DNA of 63,856 nt, filler included, from Aduncisulcus paluster (lineage: Eukaryota): the NCBI GenBank assembly GCA_024181965.1. It is 27 parts of 27 records of this genome, joined end to end, with 100 filler letters (N's around TTAATTAATTAA, not from the genome) between each part and the next. Parts side by side here need not be neighbours in the genome. Positions count along the whole stretch, not along the records: positions 1 to 2,167 come from BQXS01000200.1; positions 2,268 to 3,874 come from BQXS01000201.1; positions 3,975 to 5,445 come from BQXS01000202.1; positions 5,546 to 7,148 come from BQXS01000204.1; positions 7,249 to 9,498 come from BQXS01000205.1; positions 9,599 to 11,182 come from BQXS01000206.1; 21 more parts are not named here. One strand, 5' to 3'. Below, one piece after another: positions 1-11,282 of the stretch. The notes under the pieces were generated by a model. That model did no database searches. It saw only the letters and a list, made by a program, of their open reading frames with translations, and had not been told where the DNA came from. The first letter of the stretch is position 1. Each line of letters begins with the position of its first letter. The translations under genes and the position numbers were made by a program.

Positions 1-4
1 AGAA

Positions 5-625
5 TTGATGAGATTTCACTCCAATGAAGCTGAGGAAGAAGATATTGGAGTACTTCGTCCTGATGGAGCCATTGATGAGGAGTTGCAACATGAAATTGAT
101 GAAATCGAGGAAACCAATATGCGTCGGCTTAGCAAAAAGAAGCGTAGGGAATTAGAGAAGAAATATGAGATGAAAAAGAGCAGACGTGGTGGTGATGTCA
201 AAGAAAGTGACGATATTCTTGAGGGAATTGAAACATTTGGAAAATTGGCATCTAAACTCGCTAAATTCTCGCAACAAGATGCTGACCATGACGGTATTGA
301 AGAGAAGATAACAATAGGCCGTCGTGGGGGTCGGGAAAAAGATTCTGAGGATGAAGATGAAGAGGACCTTCCAGATGATCTCCAAGGATTAATTGGAGCC
401 GATGGAAGAATAGATCTGGATAAACTTGACGCCATGCATGATGCGGATGACGATGAGCTTGATAGTGAGGAATTTGGGGCCGAGATTGAAATGGAAGATG
501 AAAATGAAAAAGAAACTGGTAAAAGGAGAACGAGAAAGAAGAGACTAGGTGAAGGGAAGAAGAAGAAGGAAAAAAGAAAGCAAGAAAGAGAGAGAAGAGA
601 AAGAAGAAGGCCTAAAAATAAATAA
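5..625 (+). CDS. Charged low-complexity protein C-terminus (5' partial), hypothetical
   Basis: Open frame from the window start; acidic tracts and a Lys/Arg-rich tail. Confidence 0.65.
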   Translation: MMRFHSNEAEEEDIGVLRPDGAIDEELQHEIDEIEETNMRRLSKKKRRELEKKYEMKKSRRGGDVKESDDILEGIETFGKLASKLAKFSQQDADHDGIEEKITIGRRGGREKDSEDEDEEDLPDDLQGLIGADGRIDLDKLDAMHDADDDELDSEEFGAEIEMEDENEKETGKRRTRKKRLGEGKKKKEKRKQERERRERRRPKNK

Positions 626-850
626 GTTAATAGATTTTCTATTCATTTCAATATCCTGAATTCACTATTCATGATAGTTCTGGATATTAGTGGGATTTTA
701 ACCGAAATCCGTTAAAAAAAGAAATTTAAGGTATGATATATTTTGATTTTCCATTTCTAAATCAATCTTTTGGTGACTATTCTTCTCCAGTGAAAAAGAT
801 ACGCCTTTTCCTTGAAATCCGACCAATAATAATCCAATATTTAACCAAAG

Positions 851-2167
851 ATGGCGGAAGCCTATCGACTAACGAATAGAGTGTTAATGAGATTTGGAGA
901 TATTGATCTTCCTCCCAGAGAAGAAATCTCCTCTGATAGAATGCGTATCAAGTTTTGGAAGGCATATATTTCTAAATTAGAACATGCTATGACAACATCT
1001 TATACAGAATTAGATAGAAAAAAGCTAGCTGATAAAATACCCATATTCACAAAGGAATTACCGAATCTGCAGGCTGCATTAAAGCAATTGGGTGTTTCTA
1101 AAAGAAGAATGTTCCTAATTAAGATTGGTTGTTGTTTATTAGAATATGTAAAATGCATTGTTTGCTTCGGGAAAACGATTTGCAGTGAATCGGTCATGGA
1201 TGTGATTTGTTTGAGCATTGAGGGTGCAACTTATTTAAAAACCGAATGGCTCCCTGAGCTTAAAATGAAAGGTGGAGATATTTTGAATGAAGTTGGAAGT
1301 GTTGAGACACATCCTCTCCAATCTCATTTATCTGATCGTTCTGGATTTGAGAGCGATCATGCAGGCTATGAAGATGATGTTTTGCTTGAAGATAATGGAA
1401 AAGCAGTGGCTTTTGGACAATATGAGGCTTCAACTGATGAGTATGACACCAGCAAGGATGAGGATAAAGAGTCTTCGGATGGTGATTTGGCACATATTCC
1501 CGTTGCAGAAATTAAGAAAGAAGAAACTTGGGGATCCAACGACAAGGAATTTGATTGCATCAAAGAAGCAGAAAGAACTTGTCGTGGTCTGATTCTTGTA
1601 TTCTCTCTATGTGCTCGAATGGAACTCCAAGAATCATGTGGATTCTCGCATAGGAGCAGTGTTATCCACACACATATTGCTAGGTCATCCACCACTCTTG
1701 TTCATTTTTCTTTGTATACTGCCCACATTGCAACATACAGGGCAGCAATAACACCTCAAAAATACTTCAAACAAATTAAGAATAGAGCTTCAAAGGTAGT
1801 CAAAGAGAGTTGGGAGAGTGTTTGCTATTTATTGGATGCTTTTGAACGGCTATTCTATCTCAAGGATATGAGTGTTGTGAAAACGGTATCTTCTTCGGTA
1901 AGTTCTATTTTTGGATATGTCATTCTATTTTTAGAGCAATACTCAAGTTGTGTTTCTCCTATTTCTCTCATATGTGAAGGTGTGTCGAATTCTGCCTTCC
2001 AATCAGGAAATTCTACTGGAAATGGAAATGCCCGTGGTTCTTCCCAAGTAGGTTCTCCATTTGGTCTTCAATCTCCACCGTATGCATCCCCCAGTGGTGC
2101 AAGGAAGTCCTTTGGAAGTATGGGATCTCCCATGGGATCATCTTATTCCGCCTCATCAGCCCTCACA
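851..2167 (+). CDS. Hypothetical protein (3' partial)
   Basis: About 440 codons open from an ATG after AT-rich intergenic DNA; no recognised domain. Confidence 0.7.
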
Positions 2168-2267
2168 NNNNNNNNNNNNNNNNNNNNNNNNNNNNNNNNN
2201 NNNNNNNNNNNTTAATTAATTAANNNNNNNNNNNNNNNNNNNNNNNNNNNNNNNNNNNNNNNNNNNN
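2168..2267. other. Artificial contig linker N44-TTAATTAATTAA-N44 (first of 26)
   Basis: Identical 100-nt spacer with stops in all six frames. It recurs at 3875, 5446, 7149, 9499, 11183, 16392, 23148, 25209, 26750, 28303, 30029, 31763, 33769, 40662, 44594, 46409, 50190, 51426, 53282, 54943, 56377, 57642, 58984, 60491 and 62685. Neighbouring contigs are not genomically linked. Confidence 0.98.
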
Positions 2268-2876
2268 GCTCAAAAACTACGCAAAGTCACAGGCTTCATC
2301 ATGCCACAGCAGGTGCTGTCGGTGGAATGACGCTCAAGATAAGAACCTTCTAACAATCTATGATTATTCTTTCCAGTTTATTGTTGATTTTGTTCTTGGT
2401 ATCTATATCAAAAAAATACCCGATGGTGACCTGTAAATCAATTCGAAATTTATGCTAAGGTTTATGGGCAGCCTTAACCTCGCCCGCAAGCTTTCATGTT
2501 AGATAATTGACTGGTTCGATCTATTCGATATCCGAGAGGCAGGTCCTTTTCTCTCGGTTTTTTGGTTGGCATACAATATGCAAATTCTAACAGAAAAGTC
2601 ACTGTGAAAATTAGCTTGTCTCAATAGGCGGCTTTTTTGCAAGTAAATGAGTTGTCAGTCCTTTCTTCTTGCACAAAGAGGGGAAAGATTGTAGCTTGAG
2701 TGTTATGCTATTTATTGACAAATAATGGAATTGTTTGGTGATTTTGATGTGAAAATGTATTCTCACGTAGTGAGAGATGGTTCGCAAAAAATTGTTGCTC
2801 AACTGTCTACTCAACAAAGAATCAGCAAGCTTGGAAATCTGTAACTCTGCCACTGTATGCATTATCTTAATCCAAA

Positions 2877-3578
2877 ATGAAGTCAGCTATACATCAACCG
2901 GAATTTCTACCCTGGATGGGGTATTTTTATAAAATGGCTCTTGCTGACGTTTACGTCATTCTTGATCACGTCCAGTTCAAAAAGAGGTATTTTGAGAACA
3001 GAAATAAGATTTTGACTTCCACAGGCAAGGCTCGGTGGTTAAGTGTGCCGGTATTATCCAAGGGGAAATATTTGCAGGCCATAAATGAGGTCGAAATAGA
3101 TGACTCACGCTCCTGGCGGAAAAAGTTTCTTGAGACAATCCGTCATTCCTACCACCAGACATCATTTTTCAGCTCTCTTTTTGCCAAGATTGAGGCTATC
3201 CTCCAGGGATTTGATAATCCTCGGCTCATTGATCTTAATATGGCATTTATCCATATGATTAGAAATGAGTTGGAGATAACAACTCCGTTGGTTTATTCAT
3301 CGGAAATATTAAATCCTCCACTTGAAACAGCACCTAAAGCGTCTGACCTTATACTCGAGCTTTGTTTAAAAGTCGGAGCAAGCCAATACATCTGCGGTCC
3401 TTTCGGGTGCCGGTATCTCACTTTGGATGATTTTGATAGGAATGGAATAAATATTGAGTGGCTTACTTATGATCCGCCACAATATAAACAACATGTTCCG
3501 GGGTTTATGTCTCATTTGTCCACTCTGGATGCACTGTTCAACCATGGACCGGCGGTCCGCAAACTAATGGTAGGGTAA
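2877..3578 (+). CDS. WbqC family protein (bacterial)
   Basis: N-terminal AIHQPEFLPWMGYFYK...DHVQF...NRNKI; C-terminal YxQ...F..HLSTLDALFNHG; both are WbqC signatures. Confidence 0.92.
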   Translation: MKSAIHQPEFLPWMGYFYKMALADVYVILDHVQFKKRYFENRNKILTSTGKARWLSVPVLSKGKYLQAINEVEIDDSRSWRKKFLETIRHSYHQTSFFSSLFAKIEAILQGFDNPRLIDLNMAFIHMIRNELEITTPLVYSSEILNPPLETAPKASDLILELCLKVGASQYICGPFGCRYLTLDDFDRNGINIEWLTYDPPQYKQHVPGFMSHLSTLDALFNHGPAVRKLMVG

Positions 3579-3579
3579 C

Positions 3580-3874
3580 ATGGCTTACTACATTTTGGGA
3601 CTGAATGACTCAAATTCTGCAGCAGCCATCATGCGTGATGGAGAATTAGTGGCTGCTGCTAGGCAGGAACGTTTTGACCGGATTAAATTTTCTGACCAGT
3701 TTCCTCTTGATGCAGTCTCGTACTGCCTTGGAGAAGCGGATATCGATATTAAACAGGTTGATCAGGTTGTCTTTGCATGGAACCCTGGGCACGAGTTGGA
3801 ACCGCAATTCTCGCCTCGGGCCCAAAGAGAGCATAGAAAATTTCTGCACTATGTGCCCAACCAGCTTTTAAGGC
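3580..3874 (+). CDS. Carbamoyltransferase (NodU/CmcH/TobZ family) N-terminus, bacterial, partial
   Basis: YILG...SAAAIMRDGELVAAARQERFDRIK...FP.DAVSYCL.EA; starts 1 nt after the WbqC stop, operon-like. Confidence 0.88.
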
Positions 3875-3974
3875 NNNNNNNNNNNNNNNNNNNNNNNNNN
3901 NNNNNNNNNNNNNNNNNNTTAATTAATTAANNNNNNNNNNNNNNNNNNNNNNNNNNNNNNNNNNNNNNNNNNNN

Positions 3975-4281
3975 TAATACCATTGTGGATGTCGGTGGGA
4001 TTAAAGATTCCGGTAAAGCCATCCCCAAGCGCATTCTTTCGAAACCTCTGACCCTGTCCAGTCATGTTGCCCTTGTTCAAGTTGACACTCGTGAGACTGT
4101 GTGTGTCCTCGTGTGTGATAAGTTGCACCATGAACTGATGCACATGGAGAACAGTGCACGTGTATCCTTGTCTCATGCTATTCAACATGTCGAAGAGAGG
4201 AAACCATTCCTTCCCCATTGTGCAGAGATGTTTGGAGTTATTGATGAGATTAAAACAATGTTCTTGAAGGTTATTGAGTGA
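3975..4281 (+). CDS. Hypothetical protein C-terminus (5' partial)
   Basis: Open frame from the contig edge with coding-like composition. Confidence 0.5.
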
Positions 4282-4575
4282 ATATTCCCAACCTTAGCTC
4301 GCACGATGATGATTTATAAGCTCTTTTGATGCTATAAGAAGGTCATTCTCAGGAGAATCATGTTCTTGAGTTTGAATCTAGTAAATCCACTATTCTTGCA
4401 TATCATCTATATTTTTTGTCATATTTTATTGAATTTCATGCATGTTTCATTTCTTCATAATATTTTTTCTCGTCAATCCAATTCATCCAGAATGGCATTC
4501 AATCCAGCCTGGATTTTGGCTGCAAACTCAATTCTTAGTGAATTTTAAACGTTCTATTTCTTGACGATAACAATA

Positions 4576-5181
4576 ATGCCAGACAAAAAAGTTGGATACT
4601 TCGGAATTGGAGGAAAACTTGCCATGTTAACCGTCCTTTTTTGTTCACCATTCATTTTGTTGGACGTTTTTTCTCTCGTCAATCTTCCATGGCCCCCATA
4701 CTTCCCCGCTGAGCGACGTAACATTTTTGGTTTCGTTATGATTGGATGTGGAGTTGCTTGTTTAATTGCCTCGGCAATCCAACACTCGAAGTTTTTCCCC
4801 AAAGATAAACTATGTACCTCTGGTGTTTACTATTGGTGCCAACACCCCATATATTCGGCATGGATATTGTTTTTAATTCCAGGCTTTGTTGTCATCTTTG
4901 GTCGAACCTGGTTATTGCTTATTTGTCCGTTTCTCACTGCTCTTGCTCTCAAGTTATTGATATCTGAGGAAGAAAAGGATCTAACACGAATGTTTGGTGA
5001 TGATTATCTTATCTATAAGGCCAGTACCCCGATGATCGTTCCTCTTTTCAAGATATTCAAACGTCCACCCAAAAATATTCATCCCACTTCGTCTGACAAC
5101 ATATGTTCAAAGAAAGGCAGCACCACCAAACATTCGAAAGGCGAAACGACAGAATTTCGTCATAAAGGAAAGAAGAAGTGA
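4576..5181 (+). CDS. Isoprenylcysteine carboxyl methyltransferase / PEMT-like membrane methyltransferase
   Basis: TM helices, LCTSGVY...QHPIY motif, EEKDL...FGDDY..Y...TP motif. Confidence 0.85.
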   Translation: MPDKKVGYFGIGGKLAMLTVLFCSPFILLDVFSLVNLPWPPYFPAERRNIFGFVMIGCGVACLIASAIQHSKFFPKDKLCTSGVYYWCQHPIYSAWILFLIPGFVVIFGRTWLLLICPFLTALALKLLISEEEKDLTRMFGDDYLIYKASTPMIVPLFKIFKRPPKNIHPTSSDNICSKKGSTTKHSKGETTEFRHKGKKK

Positions 5182-6109
5182 TCTATCAGATGGAGTGGTT
5201 TGTCTTGTCTAGCAATGGAGAAATCGTGTTTATTTGCCAATGGGATGTTCATTCGTGCAGTATCAGTGTTTCATTCGAGTGTGTTATATTGATGCCACTA
5301 ATAACTACAAACTTAATCATCTAAATAATTCTTTTGGAAATGGTGTCAATGGTTACTTGATATTTCTATACATTCTTTTCAATAAAAGTAACGTTTTCAG
5401 CATTGTAACATTACATTCACCCTTAATTTCGACAGTTTCATCCCGNNNNNNNNNNNNNNNNNNNNNNNNNNNNNNNNNNNNNNNNNNNNTTAATTAATTA
5501 ANNNNNNNNNNNNNNNNNNNNNNNNNNNNNNNNNNNNNNNNNNNNATGTGTCATCGATATGGCCATGCACCCAAGCAGAACATTCTTCAATATCACTCAA
5601 TGATCTGAATTTGTCATATATATTTGCAAATGAATATTCAATAATCTTTTGGAGAGAAAAATATATCCCTTCGGTTATTCCACCATATACATTTGGCAAC
5701 AATTTAGTAACATAAGGGATTATGCTCTCAGCTTGGCATGTTACAGAATTCGCAGAAAGAGTAGGAATAAATGTCCTTCTAAGGATGAAACAGATGTCTT
5801 TTGGGGTCTCTTGAACAAGACAGACCTCTTATGGCTTCCTGTACAAGCCGAACTTTCTCAAAATAACGTAATTCTCGACTGATATGGGTACAAGCAGAAA
5901 TGTTACTCCTGGTTCTAGTAGTACTTGTAACGGATGTCAATGTAAGCGGTTCATCAGCCCCAGCTCCAAAATCATCTTCCATTAATGGGAGAGTTGTGTC
6001 TATAGAGGTATGGCTGCTATCGATAAGAGCCCGACACTGAGCAACCATACTATTTTCAATGGTGTTTGCCTGAAACTCTTTGATCTTACAGAGAGTCATT
6101 TCAGGGTCC

Positions 6110-6199
6110 TGTTATCTTCTATGAAGACTTGGATCAAATTTATTAAAAATAAACGGTTGTCGATCGGAGTTCTAAAAATAGACCAATGAGAATCTCACA
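6110..6199 (-). mobile_element. Putative short (~90 bp) 3' LTR
   Basis: Minus strand reads TGTGAGA...AATAAA...GATAACA, directly after the purine tract GGGGGAAG (6200-6207) and downstream of a chromodomain ORF. The far (CA) boundary is inferred. Confidence 0.6.
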
Positions 6200-6256
6200 C
6201 TTCCCCCAGAACTGCGATCACGGCAGAGAGTACAATCATTCGGAATGGGATAAAAT

Positions 6257-6329
6257 TGCGAGGATAGGGATTTGAACCCCGACTCATGGTTTATGAGCCA
6301 AAAGACAAAACCAGTTGAGCCATTTCTTT
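6257..6329 (-). ncRNA. tRNA-Met(CAT)-derived Pol III cassette in retrotransposon 3' UTR
   Basis: A box TGGCTCAACTGG, CTCATAA loop, B box GGTTCAAATCC and downstream T4. Acceptor and D stems are not paired. Confidence 0.7.
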
Positions 6330-6812
6330 GGTTAAGAAATTCTGTGGCCGACTGATCTTTGCAAATTTTCCGGCTTGTGTTCCCTTCCATATTCGTTTTT
6401 CTCTGCACCTGTTATTTTGTTTACAACTCTTTTTTACAAATTTATACGCTTATCCTTCTTGTATTATTTTGGTTTAATTATAACTATTTTCTTAGAGCGG
6501 ATCATCTTGTACTGATCGATTGTATCCTATCTTCCGCTCTAGTGACCGTACGTTGATTCTAACATCATTTTTAGCGTCTCCTCAACGTTATCGTTTTTAA
6601 ATGTAACTTTTTATCTTACTTTCCACCACTTCATTTTTTTTGATGATTTCTGCTTCCTGTATCTCCCTGGTTTCCTGCGTTCATCCGAATTCGTCTTGAA
6701 AATATATTACTACTCCTTGATCTCTTCCCCCATATTAAAGCATATCCTCCAGTTTCAGTGTCACTATTTTCTTGACTTGATCATTGTTGATTTCTACACT
6801 TTTGCTTTAATA

Positions 6813-7146
6813 TCACCTTAATTTGACAGACTTTTCGGCCAGACGCCTCCTCAACGTGGGATTCCTTATCAAATAACCAGTCATTTGTTCTTCTAACCCT
6901 CTCACTTCGTCCCATGACAAGTAAGCGTTCTCCTCGAAGTTTTTCCATTTAATTTTAAACGAGATAGGCGTTTTCTTACCTCCTCGATGCGAAATGATTC
7001 GCTCTACTTCCCACTCATCTGAGTCTCGGCACTGAACCGATAGTAGCTCCTCCTCCTTTTCTCTCAGTATCACCTTCCTGGTTCTTTCCGTTCCCACCGT
7101 TTTTACATTGTGGTTCGCCAGATTTGAAATTTTAACTCTCCATGGG
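6813..7146 (-). mobile_element. Ty3/Gypsy integrase C-terminal chromodomain (partial)
   Basis: EWEVERIISHR...FKIKWKNFE..AYLSWDEV; frame is open to the contig edge. Confidence 0.85.
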
Positions 7147-7725
7147 CTNNNNNNNNNNNNNNNNNNNNNNNNNNNNNNNNNNNNNNNNNNNNTTAATTAA
7201 TTAANNNNNNNNNNNNNNNNNNNNNNNNNNNNNNNNNNNNNNNNNNNNCCAAATATTGTGCTTTCAAACGACGAACGCATGAACCTCGCAAAGCTCGTGT
7301 GCGACAGAATTTCAAACTAGAAACTGGAAGTATCCAATATATAATATAATAAAAATATCAAAAATAAATAAAATGAATAAAATGCTGTGCAAAAATAATT
7401 TAAGCATGAAATATCCTTACTTCTGTCCACACATCACACTGAAGCTGAAAGAACAGCACTTTTCGTTACAACTACGAGAGAATCTTTTGTGTTCGACCCG
7501 CTATTTCAGTATGTTTCCCCGATTCATGAAAAATATTTCTGTTGCTTTTCCTTTCGTTCTTTTTCATTTATTATTATTCTCTTTGTTATTCCTCACCATC
7601 CTTCTATTTGCATTCCTAGTCTGCTGGTCAATCGCATCTTCATCATTCATTCGTTCGTAATTTGTACACTCTAAGACTATTTCTATCTTCCATTGGTTGG
7701 TTGGTTGTTTCTTCCGTTTTCTACA

Positions 7726-9498
7726 ATGGGCAAAGACAAATCTACATCTAAAGCTTCAAAGGGTTCAAAGGGTTCAAAATCCTCGAAATCTGGGCACAAA
7801 CGTAAACAAGACGACAAGACTCTCACCTCTGCATCAGCTCTAAGGTGCAGGTGTTTGTGTGGTAGAGGTGGGTTCGGTGCCGTTTACATTGTGAGTATTG
7901 ACGGTGTTTCTCAACCATGTGTTCTGAAGAAACTGGTGCGAGTTGGTGATAAGAACGTGCTCAAAGCGTGTCGCAAGGAGTTCAAGGTCCAAGTGAAGCT
8001 GTTCATGAACCCCAAATGTTTCAACCGTATCCCTCGCCCCATCTACATGCTTGACCTTCTTGACGAGGACTACAAAGGTGTGTATGGGTTTTGCATGGAG
8101 TTTTGTATTGGAGGCAGTGTGAAAGACTTTTCCAGGAGTTGGTGTGTTGGAGGCAAGTATGGACGTGGATGTTCAAGCTCCTCTGTTGAATCTGAAGACT
8201 CAAGCTCTGACTCTGACTCTGACTCTGACTCCGATTCAAGCTCTGGCTCTGACTCTGACTCTGACTCAAGCTCCACTCGCATTGACCCCATGACTCTTGA
8301 TCCTTTGAGAGTGAGTGCATTGTGTGTTGGAATGATCGAGTGTCTTTCCGAAGTGTTCAAAGCCAAGCCCGACCTTATTCACCGAGACATTAAGCCCGAC
8401 AACTTCCTTGTTCGTGTTGATCCCGATTCCATGAAATGCACCACTGTTCTCTCTGATCTCGGTCTTGCTCAGATCCAAGACTCCATCTCCTCTTCCACGA
8501 CTTCCAAGAGCTTTGTTGATATATCCAGGTCTGAAGATACTGAAGCTAAACACAAACACAAATCCAAACCCAAATCCAAACCCAAACGCTCCATCTGTGG
8601 CACGCTTGTGTACAACTCTTGTGAAGCTCTCAAAGGAATTCAAAGCCAAGAGAGCGATGCTTACTCACTCGGGCTGACCCTGTTCGCAGTCTTCGAGGGT
8701 CAGGATCCTTTCCTTCAAATGAAAGTGTTACAAGGAATCGNNNNNNNNNNNNNNNNNNNNATTGGAGGCAGTGTGAAAGACTTTTCCAGGAGTTGGTGTG
8801 TTGGAGGCAAGTATGGACGTGGATGTTCAAGCTCCTCTGTTGAATCTGAAGACTCAAGCTCTGACTCTGACTCAAGCTCCACTCGCATTGACCCCATGAC
8901 TCTTGATCCTCTGAGAGTGAGTGCATTGTGTGTTGGAATGATCGAGTGTCTTTCCGAAGTGTTCAAAGCCAAGCCCGACCTTATTCACCGAGACATTAAG
9001 CCCGACAACTTCCTTGTTCGTGTTGATCCCGATTCCATGAAATGCACCACTGTTCTCTCTGATCTCGGTCTTGCTCAGATCCAAGACTCCATCTCCTCTT
9101 CCACGACTTCCAAGAGCTTTGTTGATATATCCAGGTCTGAAGATACTGAAGCTAAACACAAACACAAATCCAAACCCAAATCCAAACCCAAACGCTCCAT
9201 CTGTGGCACGCTTGTGTACAACTCTTGTGAAGCTCTCAAAGGAATTCAAAGCCAAGAGAGCGATGCTTACTCACTCGGGCTGACCCTGTTCGCAGTCTTC
9301 GAGGGTCAGGATCCTTTCCTTCAAATGAAAGTGTTACAAGGAATCGACAAAATTGAATTTGTCACCCAATTGTCAAGGTTAATACGGGCTGATATGGGTC
9401 CAAAACTCTGTGAATCCCGTCTTTTCAAAACTCTAAAAACCATTGAAGGTGGTAAGTTCAAGCCTGTTTATTCCTGTCTGAATGAAATATTCGAAGGA
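7726..9498 (+). CDS. Divergent Ser/Thr protein kinase (partial; ~600 nt duplicated across a gap)
   Basis: GRGGFG, CVLKK, IHRDIKPDNFL, SDLG, GTLVY, SDAYSLG. Confidence 0.9.
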
Positions 9499-9598
9499 NN
9501 NNNNNNNNNNNNNNNNNNNNNNNNNNNNNNNNNNNNNNNNNNTTAATTAATTAANNNNNNNNNNNNNNNNNNNNNNNNNNNNNNNNNNNNNNNNNNNN

Positions 9599-11182
9599 GT
9601 GAACTTTGGATCTGAAGTTGACACTTCTTCCTTAACGTGCTTGTCTGGCATTGAATCCAATCCCAACACTCAGTGCATCGGTGTCTACAACGAGTCCGAT
9701 GCATCCGTTTCTATCGAGAGTGGATGTGTTGAAGGGTGGTATGGCGATGAATGTCTTGCTGAATGTCCACTCCAAGGCACTGAGGAATGTGGAGGCTCTG
9801 AGTATGGAGCATGTGACAGTTCAACACATACTTGTGATTGCTCTGTCTCTGGTTTCCATGGTGATTCGTGTCAATATGTCACATTCGCTGATGCCAACCT
9901 TCTCTCTGCTCTGTGTTCACTTGTTGATGGTCATGACTCCACATGTGACGATCAGAGTGACGGTGATCTGACAGAGAGTGATCTTGCAGGGATTACATTG
10001 TCTGGTGATGAATGTCTTGATCTGTCCAGTCTTGATATCACTGACTTATCTGGACTTGAATATCTCACGAACATCTCATGCATCGATCTGAGTGGAAACA
10101 CTTCCTTGAGTAATATCTCTGTTCTTGACCCCTTGAGTGAGTATAACCATCTGACTGCTCTGAACATCTCCGATACATCCGTGGATGACTTGACCCAGAT
10201 CTCGTCTCTGTCTGGTGTTCTGACCTCTTTGAGCGTTGCAAATACAGATGTCCTGCTCTCTGATGTTGCATCTATTTTTGGATCATATCTCACGGAGCTT
10301 GATGTGAGTGGCATGGAATTGGATGATTTGTTGTGGCTCTATGAAGTTGATACTGATGATGCTGGTTCTGGTTCTGCTTCTTCCTCTTTCACGATCCTGT
10401 TCCCGATGTTAGAGTATCTGGATGCCAGTGATAACAACATCTCTGATCCATCTCCATTGTTCTTGCTCTCATCCACTCTCACCACACTTGATCTGCGTGT
10501 CAACAATATCTGTGGCATGGATGATGAAGAGGAAGTGAATGCTTTCGTGTCTGTCTTCATATCACCATTATCATCGTTGACAAGTGATGGGTATTCTATC
10601 TTCGCTGGTAATGATTGTCTTTGTACTTATGATTCCACATCATCTTCCATCTCACTCTCATCCAATATCGTCTGCTCTGAGATCTGGCCAGGTGAGTATT
10701 CTGCAACATGCTGTTCATCGTGTTACACCGATGTGAGTTCATCCTCATTATCGTGTGTGTTCATCGATGATGAAACCTCCGCCTTGTATGCCATGTGCTC
10801 TGGTCTCTTGGATAGCAATCAAAAGTGCATTGGAATAGGCTCTGATGGATCTATAAATGACATCTCCATTGTGTGTTCTGAAGGATGGTATGGCGATGAT
10901 TGTCTGTCCGAATGTCCTGTTGATGAGTATGGGTATGAATGTGGGAATTATGATGGAACCGATACTTGTGACTCTGAAACACACACATGCACCTGCTCTT
11001 CATCTTCATCGTCACCTCTCATGACTGGTGAACTGTGTGAGATTGAGAGTGGAGTGACACTACTGTCTTCCCTTGGGATGGATGTTGCCCTCGTCGAAGC
11101 TATCTGTGAGTCCATGTATGTTGATGACAATGATGCTGATTATGATGTTACTGCTGTTCAATCGTTATGTTCTTCTTCTTCT
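9599..11182 (+). CDS. Cys-rich EGF-like / internalin-type LRR surface protein (partial)
   Basis: C.EGWYGD.C repeats; LRRs LDLSS..ITDLSGLEYLTN and LDASDNNISD. Confidence 0.85.
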
Positions 11183-11282
11183 NNNNNNNNNNNNNNNNNN
11201 NNNNNNNNNNNNNNNNNNNNNNNNNNTTAATTAATTAANNNNNNNNNNNNNNNNNNNNNNNNNNNNNNNNNNNNNNNNNNNN

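Noticed and set aside
2212-2223. Recurrent TTAATTAATTAA as a biological repeat
   Set aside because: Always centred in N runs; it is an artificial linker.
2627-2638. RfaH ops/JUMPstart element
   Set aside because: GGCGGCTTTT does not match GGCGGTAG.
5779-6099. ORF after the 90-bp LTR as gag
   Set aside because: No leader or PBS match and no gag motifs; probably host flank.
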